A stretch of 64,000 bases of DNA from Gammaproteobacteria bacterium (GTDB taxonomy: Bacteria; Pseudomonadota; Gammaproteobacteria; Eutrophobiales; Eutrophobiaceae), in contig CBDCTH010000012.1 in NCBI GenBank assembly GCA_965222155.1, forward strand, positions 2,816,001 through 2,880,000. Direction: 5' to 3'. The position numbers and the translations under genes were made by a program. Position 1 is the stretch's first letter, and every line of letters starts with the position of its first letter. The notes beneath the pieces were generated by a model. It was not told where the DNA came from, did no database searches, and saw only the letters and a program-made list of their open reading frames with translations. Below are positions 45,680 through 54,886 of the stretch, piece after piece.

Positions 45680-46207
45680 TCATACGTTATGATGCGCTAT
45701 TATTTCTCCTGGTCGCGCCAGGTGCAGCAGTTCGCCTGCTGCGGCTGTGCTCATGGACCCTGCGTCGGCAAACCCGAGCACCGCAAGCGCCGCGGTGGTC
45801 ATCAGTTTACCCGTCTCCGTCAAGGGCGGTTGAGTCCTGCATAGGAAATATAATAATTCATCCATACCCGGATTATGTCCCGTAATCATGAGATTAGCGC
45901 AACCTTGGCTGTATTGTTCAATCAGGCCAAGCAACGCGCCCAGCGACGCGCCATAAATGCCATCTTCATATACAATGCTCCCGACACCCAGTTCGTTATT
46001 GACCGCTGCCAGGGTTTCCCGGGTACGCAACGCCGGTGAACACAGGATGAGGTCCGGGATGATGGCGTTTTTTTTCATCCATTCGCCCATGCGGGGCGCA
46101 TCCTTACGGCCCCGTGGAGCCAGGGGCCGCTCAAAATCACCCCGTGCGCCACTGTCCCAGTCGGACTTGGCGTGTCGCAGCAGGATTAAACGGGCTTCTT
46201 TCAGCAT
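45680..46207 (-). CDS. sixA: Phosphohistidine phosphatase SixA-like
   Basis: LILLRHAKSDW, DFERPL, CSPALRTRET, GHNPG; start set at ATG 46207. Confidence 0.88.
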   Translation of the reverse strand: MLKEARLILLRHAKSDWDSGARGDFERPLAPRGRKDAPRMGEWMKKNAIIPDLILCSPALRTRETLAAVNNELGVGSIVYEDGIYGASLGALLGLIEQYSQGCANLMITGHNPGMDELLYFLCRTQPPLTETGKLMTTAALAVLGFADAGSMSTAAAGELLHLARPGEIIAHHNV

Positions 46208-46252
46208 CAACCTACGTGAGAAATACCGGACAGGTGACTGGGATTGTACAAC

Positions 46253-47746
46253 ATGAGTTCCCCGATGAGTGAAACTTTTGCAGCCGTTGACCTGGGGTCC
46301 AACAGTTTTCACATGGTGGTGGCAAAATTCGAGGATGGCCAGGTGCGTATTATCGACCGGCTCAAGGATATGGTGCGCATAGCTTCCGGACTGGACAGCA
46401 ACAACAACCTGACGGAAGAGGCAATGGAGCGGGCGTTACTGTCCCTGCGCCAGTTTGGTCAACGTATCAGGGAAATCCCCAGGACCAACGTGAAAGCAGT
46501 GGGCACCAATACCTTGCGCCAGGCGCGCAATGGCAAGGATTTCCTCCGGCAGGCGCGTTTGGCGCTGGGCCATAATATTGACATCATATCCGGCCAGGAA
46601 GAGGCCAGGCTGGTATTTATCGGTGTGGCGCACACGTTTTATAACGATGACGGCGCCAGCCTGGTGATTGATATCGGTGGCGGCAGCACCGAGATCATAA
46701 TCGGCAAAGGGTTCCAGCCCAAAGTAGCCGAAAGCCTGTATATGGGTTGTGTCAACGTCAGCCGGCGCTTCTTCGCCGACGGCAGCATCAGCGACCGGCG
46801 CATGCGCGAGGCCGTGTTATTTGCCCGCACCGAACTCGAAACCATCGAAGCCCGGTATCGGCGCATCGGCTGGGATACCGTCCTGGGTTCATCGGGCACG
46901 ACCTGGGCCGTTGCCGATATTGCCGTGGCTCAGGGCTGGAGTGAGGGAGGCATCACCCGGGACGCGGTGGAACAGCTGCGCAACCGGCTTATCGGCGCGG
47001 GCCATTATGACAGGCTCTACCTGGAAGGGTTGTCGGAACGCAGGAAACCGGTTATTGCCGGCGGCCTCGCCATCCTCAGCGCCATCATTGAGGCGCTCGA
47101 CCTGGACCATATCCAGATCTGCGAAGGCGCACTGCGTGAAGGGATAATTTATGAACTCGTCGGCAGATACCAGAATAAGGATATACGCAACACGACCGTA
47201 GCAGACATCGCGGTCCGTTACGGCGTGGACCGGGAACAAGCCGATAAAGTGGCTAAAACCGCGGCAACATTGTTTGACCAGGCGCGCGAGCACTGGCGCT
47301 TAGACGACTCTGATCGGGACACGCTGCTGTGGTCGGCGCAACTGCATGAAATCGGGCTGGCAATCGCCCATGCTCAATATCACCACCACGGCGCCTACCT
47401 GTTGTCCAACTCCGATATGCCGGGTTTCTCACGCCAGGAACAACAAAACCTGTCCTTGCTGGTACGCGCCCACAGACGGAAATTTCCCGCCCTGGAATTC
47501 GACCAGGCAGACCCGGACAACCGCGAGAAAGTGCTGCGCCTCGCCATCCTGCTCAGGTTATCCTGTGTCATGAACAGGAGCCGCTCTTACACGGCGCCAC
47601 CCAAAATCAAGGCTGTGGCCAATACAAACGGCCTGTCACTGAAGTTCCCTGATGTCTGGCTGGACAACCATGCCCTGACCCGGGCTGACCTGGAAATTGA
47701 AGCGGGATACCTGGAGGTTGTTGATTTTAGGCTAGGATTTGGTTGA
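46253..47746 (+). CDS. ppx: Exopolyphosphatase Ppx/GppA
   Basis: AAVDLGSNSFHM, GTNTLR, ISGQEEARL, DIGGGSTE, GALREG, LHEIG. Confidence 0.96.
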   Translation: MSSPMSETFAAVDLGSNSFHMVVAKFEDGQVRIIDRLKDMVRIASGLDSNNNLTEEAMERALLSLRQFGQRIREIPRTNVKAVGTNTLRQARNGKDFLRQARLALGHNIDIISGQEEARLVFIGVAHTFYNDDGASLVIDIGGGSTEIIIGKGFQPKVAESLYMGCVNVSRRFFADGSISDRRMREAVLFARTELETIEARYRRIGWDTVLGSSGTTWAVADIAVAQGWSEGGITRDAVEQLRNRLIGAGHYDRLYLEGLSERRKPVIAGGLAILSAIIEALDLDHIQICEGALREGIIYELVGRYQNKDIRNTTVADIAVRYGVDREQADKVAKTAATLFDQAREHWRLDDSDRDTLLWSAQLHEIGLAIAHAQYHHHGAYLLSNSDMPGFSRQEQQNLSLLVRAHRRKFPALEFDQADPDNREKVLRLAILLRLSCVMNRSRSYTAPPKIKAVANTNGLSLKFPDVWLDNHALTRADLEIEAGYLEVVDFRLGFG

Positions 47747-47834
47747 AATGGCCCCTTGGCGGGTTCCGAGGGCGAAAATACGGCGCTCAGCAAAAGCTAC
47801 AACTAAATATAAGAATCTTTTGATTATGGAAAAA

Positions 47835-49754
47835 TCACCACTCGCTCAACCCCCATAAATTTGTACCAACTGCGACCAAACGCTCATTCCCATGTATCTG
47901 CATGTTTTCTGCAACTCCCCTTATTTCAGACAAACGTCGCTTCAATTCTTGACTACTTAGAGGTTCACCTGCTTCCTCCAATATCTGAATAAAAGAGTCA
48001 ATCGTTTCGATTCGATCGCCAGCCGTCATTCCAGAATCTGCTCTTGCCCAAACCATACGGTTTAAAAAAGTAATTTTTGAAGAACGTGCAATGCACATAC
48101 GTAACACGTAGTGGTCTAGCTCTTCCAGAACACCAGGGAACTGAGTGGTCAACTGTTCGATGATTTCTTCGGAATGCCACTGCTTATTGATAGGAGCTTG
48201 ATAAAGCATATGCTCTACTACGCGGCAAATACTTTGACGTTTGGAAGCGGGCAACGGGCAATGATCGATCAACCCATAAGTACCCCGATCAAACGGCCAA
48301 ACACTCTCTCTTATAAGAGCATTATGAGCTGTTCGTTCATCTACCTCTTTACCCAATAATTCACTTGCCCTTTTAGCAATTTCAGTAAAATGCAACGGAC
48401 CTTCTGCTTGAGCAAGAACTGCAGTCACCGCTGATTCTGCCGATTTCCCAAAGGCAATTAATAATGCTTGCGAGTCTTCGTCTTCGTATTGTAGAAACTC
48501 ATCGAATATTTCATGCAAAAGAGGAACCAATTCCCGTGAACTGTATTCGGACAAACTAGTTTCTATATATTGTTTGATATCGCTTCGCCCCCACTGCTTT
48601 TCTTCAGCTTTTTGTTTTAATCTAGCGCGAAGCTCACGTACTAAAACATCCCATTCATTTTGGTTGATTCTTGTTACAACATTTCTCCCGGCTGCTGTGA
48701 TAACACAGACTGCATTTTTTGAAAATAACTGTATCGTTTGGGCAAGGTAAACATAGTTGTCCTCAAATCCTTTAAACCACGTATCTTCAATCTCCAACAG
48801 TTCCAAAATAAGTGGTTCTTCTCGGTCCAGTAATAGCTGTCCGATACGGATGCCAATCATATCGTCCCAGTATTCCTGGGCAATAATACGATTAACGTAT
48901 TTTGTTTGGCGTTGTCTTACCCGTTCTCGAGTTACATCAAGTATTTCGCCAATTTCTTCTAATGTTAGAAGTTTTCCTTTATGCCCAAGACGTCCCTGCA
49001 ATACAATTCTGTCCACTTCATCTAACTCATCTAACGTCCTTTCCAGATGTGTTATCAAGGGCAATTGCGCCACATGAGAATTCAAACGAACCAAATAGCT
49101 TTTATCAATTGTGTCTTCTGGCGTTACACCTAAGCCATCTGGCGGCCAGCTTTCCAATTTTGTCCCCAATGACAAGCCGTACGCGGTCAGTGCATCCTTA
49201 ATTTCTTTCAAGGACGTTTTACCCAGATTGGGCATTTTTAATAACTCAACTTCCGTACATTGAACCAGTTCGCCAATATAACGAATGCTGTTTGCTCCCA
49301 TGCAATGTGTGGAACGTACAGACAACTTCAAATCAGCTATCGGACGTAACAAATTTAGGTCAACTTCTGGCTCCGGCTCATCAACTGGATGTAACTGGAC
49401 CAAGTCTACTTCCGGTTCTTCAATCTCATAACCCCACTGATTTAGAGCCAGATAGCAGGGTGTTACTGCCTCATTCAGCTTGATATGTGTAATTACATTT
49501 ACGCTATTTTTGTATACTTCGGGCAGTGCCCATTTCACCGCGCCTGAATACAGCACTTTGCCTGAAGTATTCTCTGGAAGCTCAATGTGATTATTAACTT
49601 GAGGTCTTGTAAAACCGCAGTGGATGATGGCAGTCTTAGCCGCGTCAGACCGTCTATTCCATACTTGTTGCAAACTATCTAATTCACGAACGGTGACAAT
49701 TTCTTCGACCTGATTGTTTTTAACTACAATCAGGTAAAGTTTAAGCGCGGACAT
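47835..49754 (-). CDS. 639-aa protein with RpoA alphaCTD, sigma70 region 4 HTH and HARE-HTH/RNAP-delta-like winged helices; last gene of the dnd-pbe operon
   Basis: [14 protein letters not shown]...[20 protein letters not shown]...[13 protein letters not shown] (49131-49352); [18 protein letters not shown]; [14 protein letters not shown]...RGTYGL; [14 protein letters not shown]...[11 protein letters not shown]. Confidence 0.85.
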   Translation of the reverse strand: MSALKLYLIVVKNNQVEEIVTVRELDSLQQVWNRRSDAAKTAIIHCGFTRPQVNNHIELPENTSGKVLYSGAVKWALPEVYKNSVNVITHIKLNEAVTPCYLALNQWGYEIEEPEVDLVQLHPVDEPEPEVDLNLLRPIADLKLSVRSTHCMGANSIRYIGELVQCTEVELLKMPNLGKTSLKEIKDALTAYGLSLGTKLESWPPDGLGVTPEDTIDKSYLVRLNSHVAQLPLITHLERTLDELDEVDRIVLQGRLGHKGKLLTLEEIGEILDVTRERVRQRQTKYVNRIIAQEYWDDMIGIRIGQLLLDREEPLILELLEIEDTWFKGFEDNYVYLAQTIQLFSKNAVCVITAAGRNVVTRINQNEWDVLVRELRARLKQKAEEKQWGRSDIKQYIETSLSEYSSRELVPLLHEIFDEFLQYEDEDSQALLIAFGKSAESAVTAVLAQAEGPLHFTEIAKRASELLGKEVDERTAHNALIRESVWPFDRGTYGLIDHCPLPASKRQSICRVVEHMLYQAPINKQWHSEEIIEQLTTQFPGVLEELDHYVLRMCIARSSKITFLNRMVWARADSGMTAGDRIETIDSFIQILEEAGEPLSSQELKRRLSEIRGVAENMQIHGNERLVAVGTNLWGLSEW

Positions 49755-49756
49755 AA

Positions 49757-50131
49757 CTAATCCAATAACTTATCCCAGGGTAGCTTGCCCATGTTTTTAT
49801 CATAAGCATCATAAAAATCCCGAATACCCTGCTCTCCGAAACGCTCAACTATATGATAAATTGCTTCACCCTGCTTCTGTAAATTTGCTGCATCAACAGC
49901 AAAAAACAATGCCTTATCCGGGTCTAACTCACCCACACGAAATGCATTATCGGTTTTCTCTGATAAAGGCTCAGGTGTTATGCCCTTCTTTACCCCCAAA
50001 GCTACAGCTAGGCGATATAAATCGAATTTGATCAAAGTTTGTCCGCTGGCTTCACTATTCAGAGAATCAAGCATTTCATCAAGGTAAGCATTCGCTTGTT
50101 TGGTTAAACCGATTCGTGGCGGCTCTGCCAT
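49757..50131 (-). CDS. Small protein, PbeD-like by position
   Basis: 124 aa, tightly coupled to the SMC-like ATPase; [11 protein letters not shown] helix; fourth gene of a helicase/small/ATPase/small module after dndE. Confidence 0.55.
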   Translation of the reverse strand: MAEPPRIGLTKQANAYLDEMLDSLNSEASGQTLIKFDLYRLAVALGVKKGITPEPLSEKTDNAFRVGELDPDKALFFAVDAANLQKQGEAIYHIVERFGEQGIRDFYDAYDKNMGKLPWDKLLD

Positions 50132-52117
50132 TTACATCACCCTATCAATACGAGATTGCGTCGCGGAAACACGTTTGATTTCATAGCGCGCACCAATGCG
50201 CGAGGCAAAAACTTCCGTATCTTGCTTTGCATGAAGCTCACCTTCGTGTACTAACAATACAACCTGTTCAGACATATCAGGCAGGTACTGCAGAATATTT
50301 TTGCGGTGTTTGGGGTCTAATCGCCCTAAAGGGGTATCCATAACAATTGGTGCCTTCGTACCTGAAGTTTTATTAAGACCATCAATTAACGACAGCGCCA
50401 CGACCTGCTCTGCACCGGCACTGCGTTCATTTAGTATTCGCCCCCCTTGGTCCAAAATAGACAAACCATAACTTGGGTTAATTTTCAGATCCGAATAAGT
50501 TTTTTCCGTGGTTATTTGTTTAAAAGCTTTTGTGGCATGAGCTTGGACATCATCTTTTAATTTAAGACGTAGTTGATCGATGCCTTTAGCAAAGATCGTC
50601 TCTAATTGTTGCAATCTGTCTACACGCTGATTACTAACAGAACTTTGAACTCCCCCAAGCTTGGCTATTAATTGAGATATTTTTGCTTGCGTTTCAATAT
50701 TTTTTTCCCTTTTTTTATCCGCTTCTTCAATCCCAACCTCAACTTTAGCTAATAACTTCGACCAGCTTTCGCGTTTTTCTCGTTTCCGCATGATTTCCTC
50801 TGTATCAAAACCCTTTATTTCTTCTTCGATATCATTTCGCTTATTTTCAATAGCCATCAAATTTACTTTTTTCTGTGTGACCTTCCCCATATTAGCAATT
50901 ATTCGAGTGACCTCATTTTCTGAGCGTATACCTTCAAGATTATCAATAGTTTTATTGATTTCCGTTAGCTTATTAAAATCTACACTTTTGCCTGACTCCT
51001 TAGCCAGCAATTTGTTTAATTTTTGCTGTAATGGCAGCCTGATACTGTCGGGTATATCCTGCCCACAGGTATTACAAACTTCTTTATCTTCAAGAGACTT
51101 CTTCAATCCATCTATCTCGCCCTGCAGACTGATAGACTCACGCATAATCTGTTGATGCTTTTCGCGGTTTTCTTTCAAGTCGTTAACTATGGCTTGAACA
51201 CTATTAGCTAATACATCCTTCCAAACTGTTTGTAATAATTTATGGGTGTCATCATTGGCTTGTTTAATTTCGTCTTCAAAATTCTTTTGTTGAGCAGCTA
51301 ACCTGATAAGCTCCATTTTTTTATTTTGTACTACTTCTGTGTTTTTCAAAAAGTCGTCGAGATTATCAATTTTTTCCTGAAAATCTTCTTTTTGAGAATT
51401 TAAGTCTCTAAGGTCATTCTCTATGCTTTCCAGTTTGATCTCGTGATTTTGTTGATCTTGCGCGAACTTACGCAGGTCTTCATATTTTTGAGCATCTTTA
51501 CGTTGGGCAGTACGTGCGTACTTCAACAATTCCCGTAATTCATCTCTCGCATGCACTAATGCTGGAACACCCAATACAGATTCGATATGTTCCTTAATTT
51601 TCTTGCCTTGTTCACTTTCTTCGATTAAAAGGTTTTCATATTCCTGTAATAACTCGCCATCAAATAAAAAAAAGCGTGATACTTCTCTTGGCATTATCTG
51701 GTTAATTTCATTATTGATTGCATCACCTATTATGGGAGTTCCGTCGATTCTTAGGCCAATGACCTCCCTAAAATCGGCATTGTTCCTAGCTTTTGATGTG
51801 TTTTCAAGCTTCTCAATCTTGCGCTCTAGCTGATAGCTTCTTCCATCGTGATTAAAATATAAGGAAACAGACATTGTCCAATCTCCCTCATCTGTGGCAT
51901 CACGATTGACCAGATTTAACCTGGGAATTTCACGTAGGTGACGACCTAGAGCAACCCCGTAAAACCCCCAGCGGATTGCATTTAAGAAACTTGTTTTTCC
52001 CCGCATATTATCGCCAAAGAGCAACATCACATTTTGTGTTTCATGCTGGGGAAACTCGATTTCCTGTTTGCCCTTGAAGGGCATAAAATTATGGAAAATT
52101 ACTTTTTTTACTTTCAT
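50132..52117 (-). CDS. SMC/Rad50-like ABC ATPase, PbeC-like
   Basis: GDNMRGKT, FFLFDGE, coiled coils with CNTC hook, RSAGAEQ signature, IVMDTPLGRLD, LLVHEGE. Confidence 0.85.
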   Translation of the reverse strand: MKVKKVIFHNFMPFKGKQEIEFPQHETQNVMLLFGDNMRGKTSFLNAIRWGFYGVALGRHLREIPRLNLVNRDATDEGDWTMSVSLYFNHDGRSYQLERKIEKLENTSKARNNADFREVIGLRIDGTPIIGDAINNEINQIMPREVSRFFLFDGELLQEYENLLIEESEQGKKIKEHIESVLGVPALVHARDELRELLKYARTAQRKDAQKYEDLRKFAQDQQNHEIKLESIENDLRDLNSQKEDFQEKIDNLDDFLKNTEVVQNKKMELIRLAAQQKNFEDEIKQANDDTHKLLQTVWKDVLANSVQAIVNDLKENREKHQQIMRESISLQGEIDGLKKSLEDKEVCNTCGQDIPDSIRLPLQQKLNKLLAKESGKSVDFNKLTEINKTIDNLEGIRSENEVTRIIANMGKVTQKKVNLMAIENKRNDIEEEIKGFDTEEIMRKREKRESWSKLLAKVEVGIEEADKKREKNIETQAKISQLIAKLGGVQSSVSNQRVDRLQQLETIFAKGIDQLRLKLKDDVQAHATKAFKQITTEKTYSDLKINPSYGLSILDQGGRILNERSAGAEQVVALSLIDGLNKTSGTKAPIVMDTPLGRLDPKHRKNILQYLPDMSEQVVLLVHEGELHAKQDTEVFASRIGARYEIKRVSATQSRIDRVM

Positions 52118-52122
52118 AACAA

Positions 52123-52320
52123 CTACCGGCCGTCATTTTTATTAAGACTGGCCTCAACTAGTTCTCGCATTCTTTCGACTGTATTACGACTTGGATCAAA
52201 CTGGTGTTTTTTTTGTAGTTCATAACATTGCTTTATAAGTTGATCATCAACATCTAATCCCTCACGTCCTTTAATATTCAGCAAAAGGGCAATGATATTG
52301 CTTGACTCAGACATCGCCAT
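52123..52320 (-). CDS. Small protein, PbeB-like by position
   Basis: ~63-65 aa, overlaps the helicase stop and ends 5 bp before the ATPase start. Confidence 0.6.
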   Translation of the reverse strand: MAMSESSNIIALLLNIKGREGLDVDDQLIKQCYELQKKHQFDPSRNTVERMRELVEASLNKNDGR

Positions 52321-54430
52321 TCTCTTCCTCCTCTATGCCGTCGCTATCCATTAACCCTACTGGATCAATATCTAATTCTATAGCCAAATTAGCCAATTCA
52401 ATTGCCGCACTACTGTTTAACGCAGTTTTAGCAAACTGGATACCCCTCTGGAACTCACTCTTTAGCAAAGAAAATTGTTCTGGCTCAGACTCCAAACTTA
52501 CCGGCACTACAATGGCATCGAAAAGAACTGCCTTGTATTTATCCTTGCATGTTCTTAAAACACGTCCTCGCCTTTGAATAAATTGCCTTGGATTCTGGGA
52601 AGAAGCCAAAATAATTGCGTGCGAAATTTTAGGTATATTGACTCCCTGATCCAAACATTTGATAGAACAGAGTATACCCCCGAAATTCTCAAAATATTCA
52701 AGGGTTGCTGTAGTATCACTCTCCATATTCGTATGGTATTCCAACGGAGAAAATCCTTCACGCTTTAAAGAATCCATAACTTGTCTTAATTGAAACTGAT
52801 CCTCACAATAAATGAGCCAGCTCTCGCCCTCATGATACTGTTTCTTTAAGATATCTACAGTGAGAGGAGTTTTTGCTTTAGCCTTCTTCGCTATCCTCGA
52901 GCGTTGGATGATTAAGTTTTGTAAGTATGGCGAAATATGTACATTTCCATCCCTATCTCGTTTGGAACGTGCAAACTCCTTTGAAATCTTATCGGTTTCT
53001 TTCGCCCACTGCTCTGACTCTTCCGCATTAAGCCGAACAGTCACAGGAAAATACTCATAGGGCACAAGACGCCTATCGTTTATCGCATCTACTAATGTAT
53101 ACGGAGGTTGAACAATTACACCAAAATAATTCAGTATTTTGGATGTGCCCTCAGGGTCACCATATCTTTTGGGTGTCGCGCTCAATCCGAGCCTTGGCCC
53201 TGAATCGATAGTTAGTGCTTTAGAGTTCTCTCTACTCCCAACTTCATGTACCTCATCGGCAATTAGCATGATATGTTTACCTTGATTAAGAGAAGCTAGA
53301 AAAGCATCTGTACGCGCTGTCTGCATCGTCACTAATACAACTCTTTTTCCTAAGCCCTGTAACGGTGATGTAAAATCAAACAGTCGCCTGTCTTTTTTCC
53401 ATCTGTTGTGTCCATCACCTGCCTTTAATAGATGCACTCCTTCAATTTCTTCAATAAGTTCTACAGCCCATTGACGATGTAACAGCTTATCTGGAACTAA
53501 AATAATAGCTACGCCTTGAGGCTCCAAGTGTTCTTTGAGGGCGGTGATGGTAGTGAACGTTTTACCGCTACCAGTTGCGTGTTCTAAAATTCCTTTTTTG
53601 TCCTGTTTTTTCCACTCAGCAATAGCTTTTAACTGATGCTTTAGAGGTTTGCGTATTTCATGTGAAGGAGACTCTTCTTTGATTTTATGTTCTGCCAGTT
53701 GATGACCAAGACTGAAAAAATCAATGATATCTCCAGAGTTAATATCATCCAAAGAACTTTTCGCTACCGTTTTGAGCTTTTCTATTCCCACTTCAGGAAA
53801 CGGTATTACTTCCAGATCCCGTACCTGACTATTCCATAGCTTTTCAAAATATTCCTGGTCGCGCCCTACTTGTCTCTCATCTCTACCTTCACGCCAACTA
53901 CAGAATACATCCAGCGTTTCATGATTTCCTCTTTCACACCAACCAGTCCAAGTTTCATTAATTGATCCTTTGAAACTAACGGCATTGTTAAGCTCATCAT
54001 AGAAAATACCCAATTTCGCGTGATAATCACCTTGAGCCTCAGGTAAAAAAGCGAGTTTTACCTCCATTACACCCAGTGAAATTAATGTGGCCAATGCTTC
54101 TGTATTTTTTGCAACCGGCTGATTGGCTAACAAAAAGTCTATATCCCTACTAAGGGCGCTATATGCACCGTCAAATTTGTTTTTATAACCCGTATCAATG
54201 GCTTCAATGTCGTCTTCTGTCAGGTATGGAGAGCTTACCAAGCGTATTTTTCCGCCTCGTTTCACAAAGTTGATGATATCGGGACCAATTAGGATAAAAA
54301 CTGAAGAGCGAAAATAGCCTACAGACCGATTGTATCCGACAGCCTCGGAAAGACATGGACGATAAAAGGCTTCAACCAAATCTGTATCACCGGTAAAATA
54401 TTCCTCTTGTAGATGAATATCTTTTAACAA
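52307..54430 (-). CDS. PLD-nuclease/SF2 helicase fusion, PbeA-like (phosphorothioation-associated defence)
   Basis: VGYFRSS, HAKLGIFYD...GSINET (HKD), ATGSGKT, DEVH, GLSATP, QRRGRVLR; directly downstream of dndE. Confidence 0.85.
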   Translation of the reverse strand: MLKDIHLQEEYFTGDTDLVEAFYRPCLSEAVGYNRSVGYFRSSVFILIGPDIINFVKRGGKIRLVSSPYLTEDDIEAIDTGYKNKFDGAYSALSRDIDFLLANQPVAKNTEALATLISLGVMEVKLAFLPEAQGDYHAKLGIFYDELNNAVSFKGSINETWTGWCERGNHETLDVFCSWREGRDERQVGRDQEYFEKLWNSQVRDLEVIPFPEVGIEKLKTVAKSSLDDINSGDIIDFFSLGHQLAEHKIKEESPSHEIRKPLKHQLKAIAEWKKQDKKGILEHATGSGKTFTTITALKEHLEPQGVAIILVPDKLLHRQWAVELIEEIEGVHLLKAGDGHNRWKKDRRLFDFTSPLQGLGKRVVLVTMQTARTDAFLASLNQGKHIMLIADEVHEVGSRENSKALTIDSGPRLGLSATPKRYGDPEGTSKILNYFGVIVQPPYTLVDAINDRRLVPYEYFPVTVRLNAEESEQWAKETDKISKEFARSKRDRDGNVHISPYLQNLIIQRSRIAKKAKAKTPLTVDILKKQYHEGESWLIYCEDQFQLRQVMDSLKREGFSPLEYHTNMESDTTATLEYFENFGGILCSIKCLDQGVNIPKISHAIILASSQNPRQFIQRRGRVLRTCKDKYKAVLFDAIVVPVSLESEPEQFSLLKSEFQRGIQFAKTALNSSAAIELANLAIELDIDPVGLMDSDGIEEEENGDV

Positions 54431-54481
54431 CAGAAAAACCCCTGATAAGGCCTACGAAACTTCTATTCGGTTCATCATGCC

Positions 54482-54886
54482 TTAATTACTCTGTTTATCT
54501 TTATGTTGCCTCGTGAGAGAAAGCAAATCGGACAAACATCTGACCTTTCCCGATGTCCCTAAGTAGCCGATACCACGGTGGAGATGTAATTTAAACTGCT
54601 GCGCCAACGTTGTATCGTCAGTTGGTAACTTGTCACGAAGACAACGCGTTTTCAACACAGCGATCAGTAATTCTTCATTACCAGGGCCTGTAAAAGTCCG
54701 CCAGGACATCTCTACGTTGCTATCAGTAACAATATCCATTTTGGGGGGTATACTTTTTTCCGCCAAAGAAAGGCAAAATGCCCACCTGCAGAGAATATTC
54801 CATTGAGATATACCAGTTTTGCGCTTCAAATTAGACAAACGGTCTTTTGCTTCACTGGACAGCCGGATGTTTCCTAGGCCAGTCAT
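54482..54886 (-). CDS. dndE: DNA sulfur modification protein DndE
   Basis: IRLSSEAKDRLSNLKRKTGISQWNILCRWAFCLSL, VEMSWRTF, LHLHRGIGYL. Confidence 0.95.
   Translation of the reverse strand: MTGLGNIRLSSEAKDRLSNLKRKTGISQWNILCRWAFCLSLAEKSIPPKMDIVTDSNVEMSWRTFTGPGNEELLIAVLKTRCLRDKLPTDDTTLAQQFKLHLHRGIGYLGTSGKVRCLSDLLSLTRQHKDKQSN

Noticed and set aside
47835-49754. Call as a true sigma factor or second rpoA
   Set aside because: It lacks sigma region 2 and the alpha N-terminal dimerisation domain; only the DNA-contact modules are present.
50132-52117. Second dndD or housekeeping SbcC/RecN
   Set aside because: A canonical DndD already lies between dndC and dndE. This ATPase is coupled to a PLD-helicase and small genes in the Pbe arrangement, and no sbcD is adjacent.
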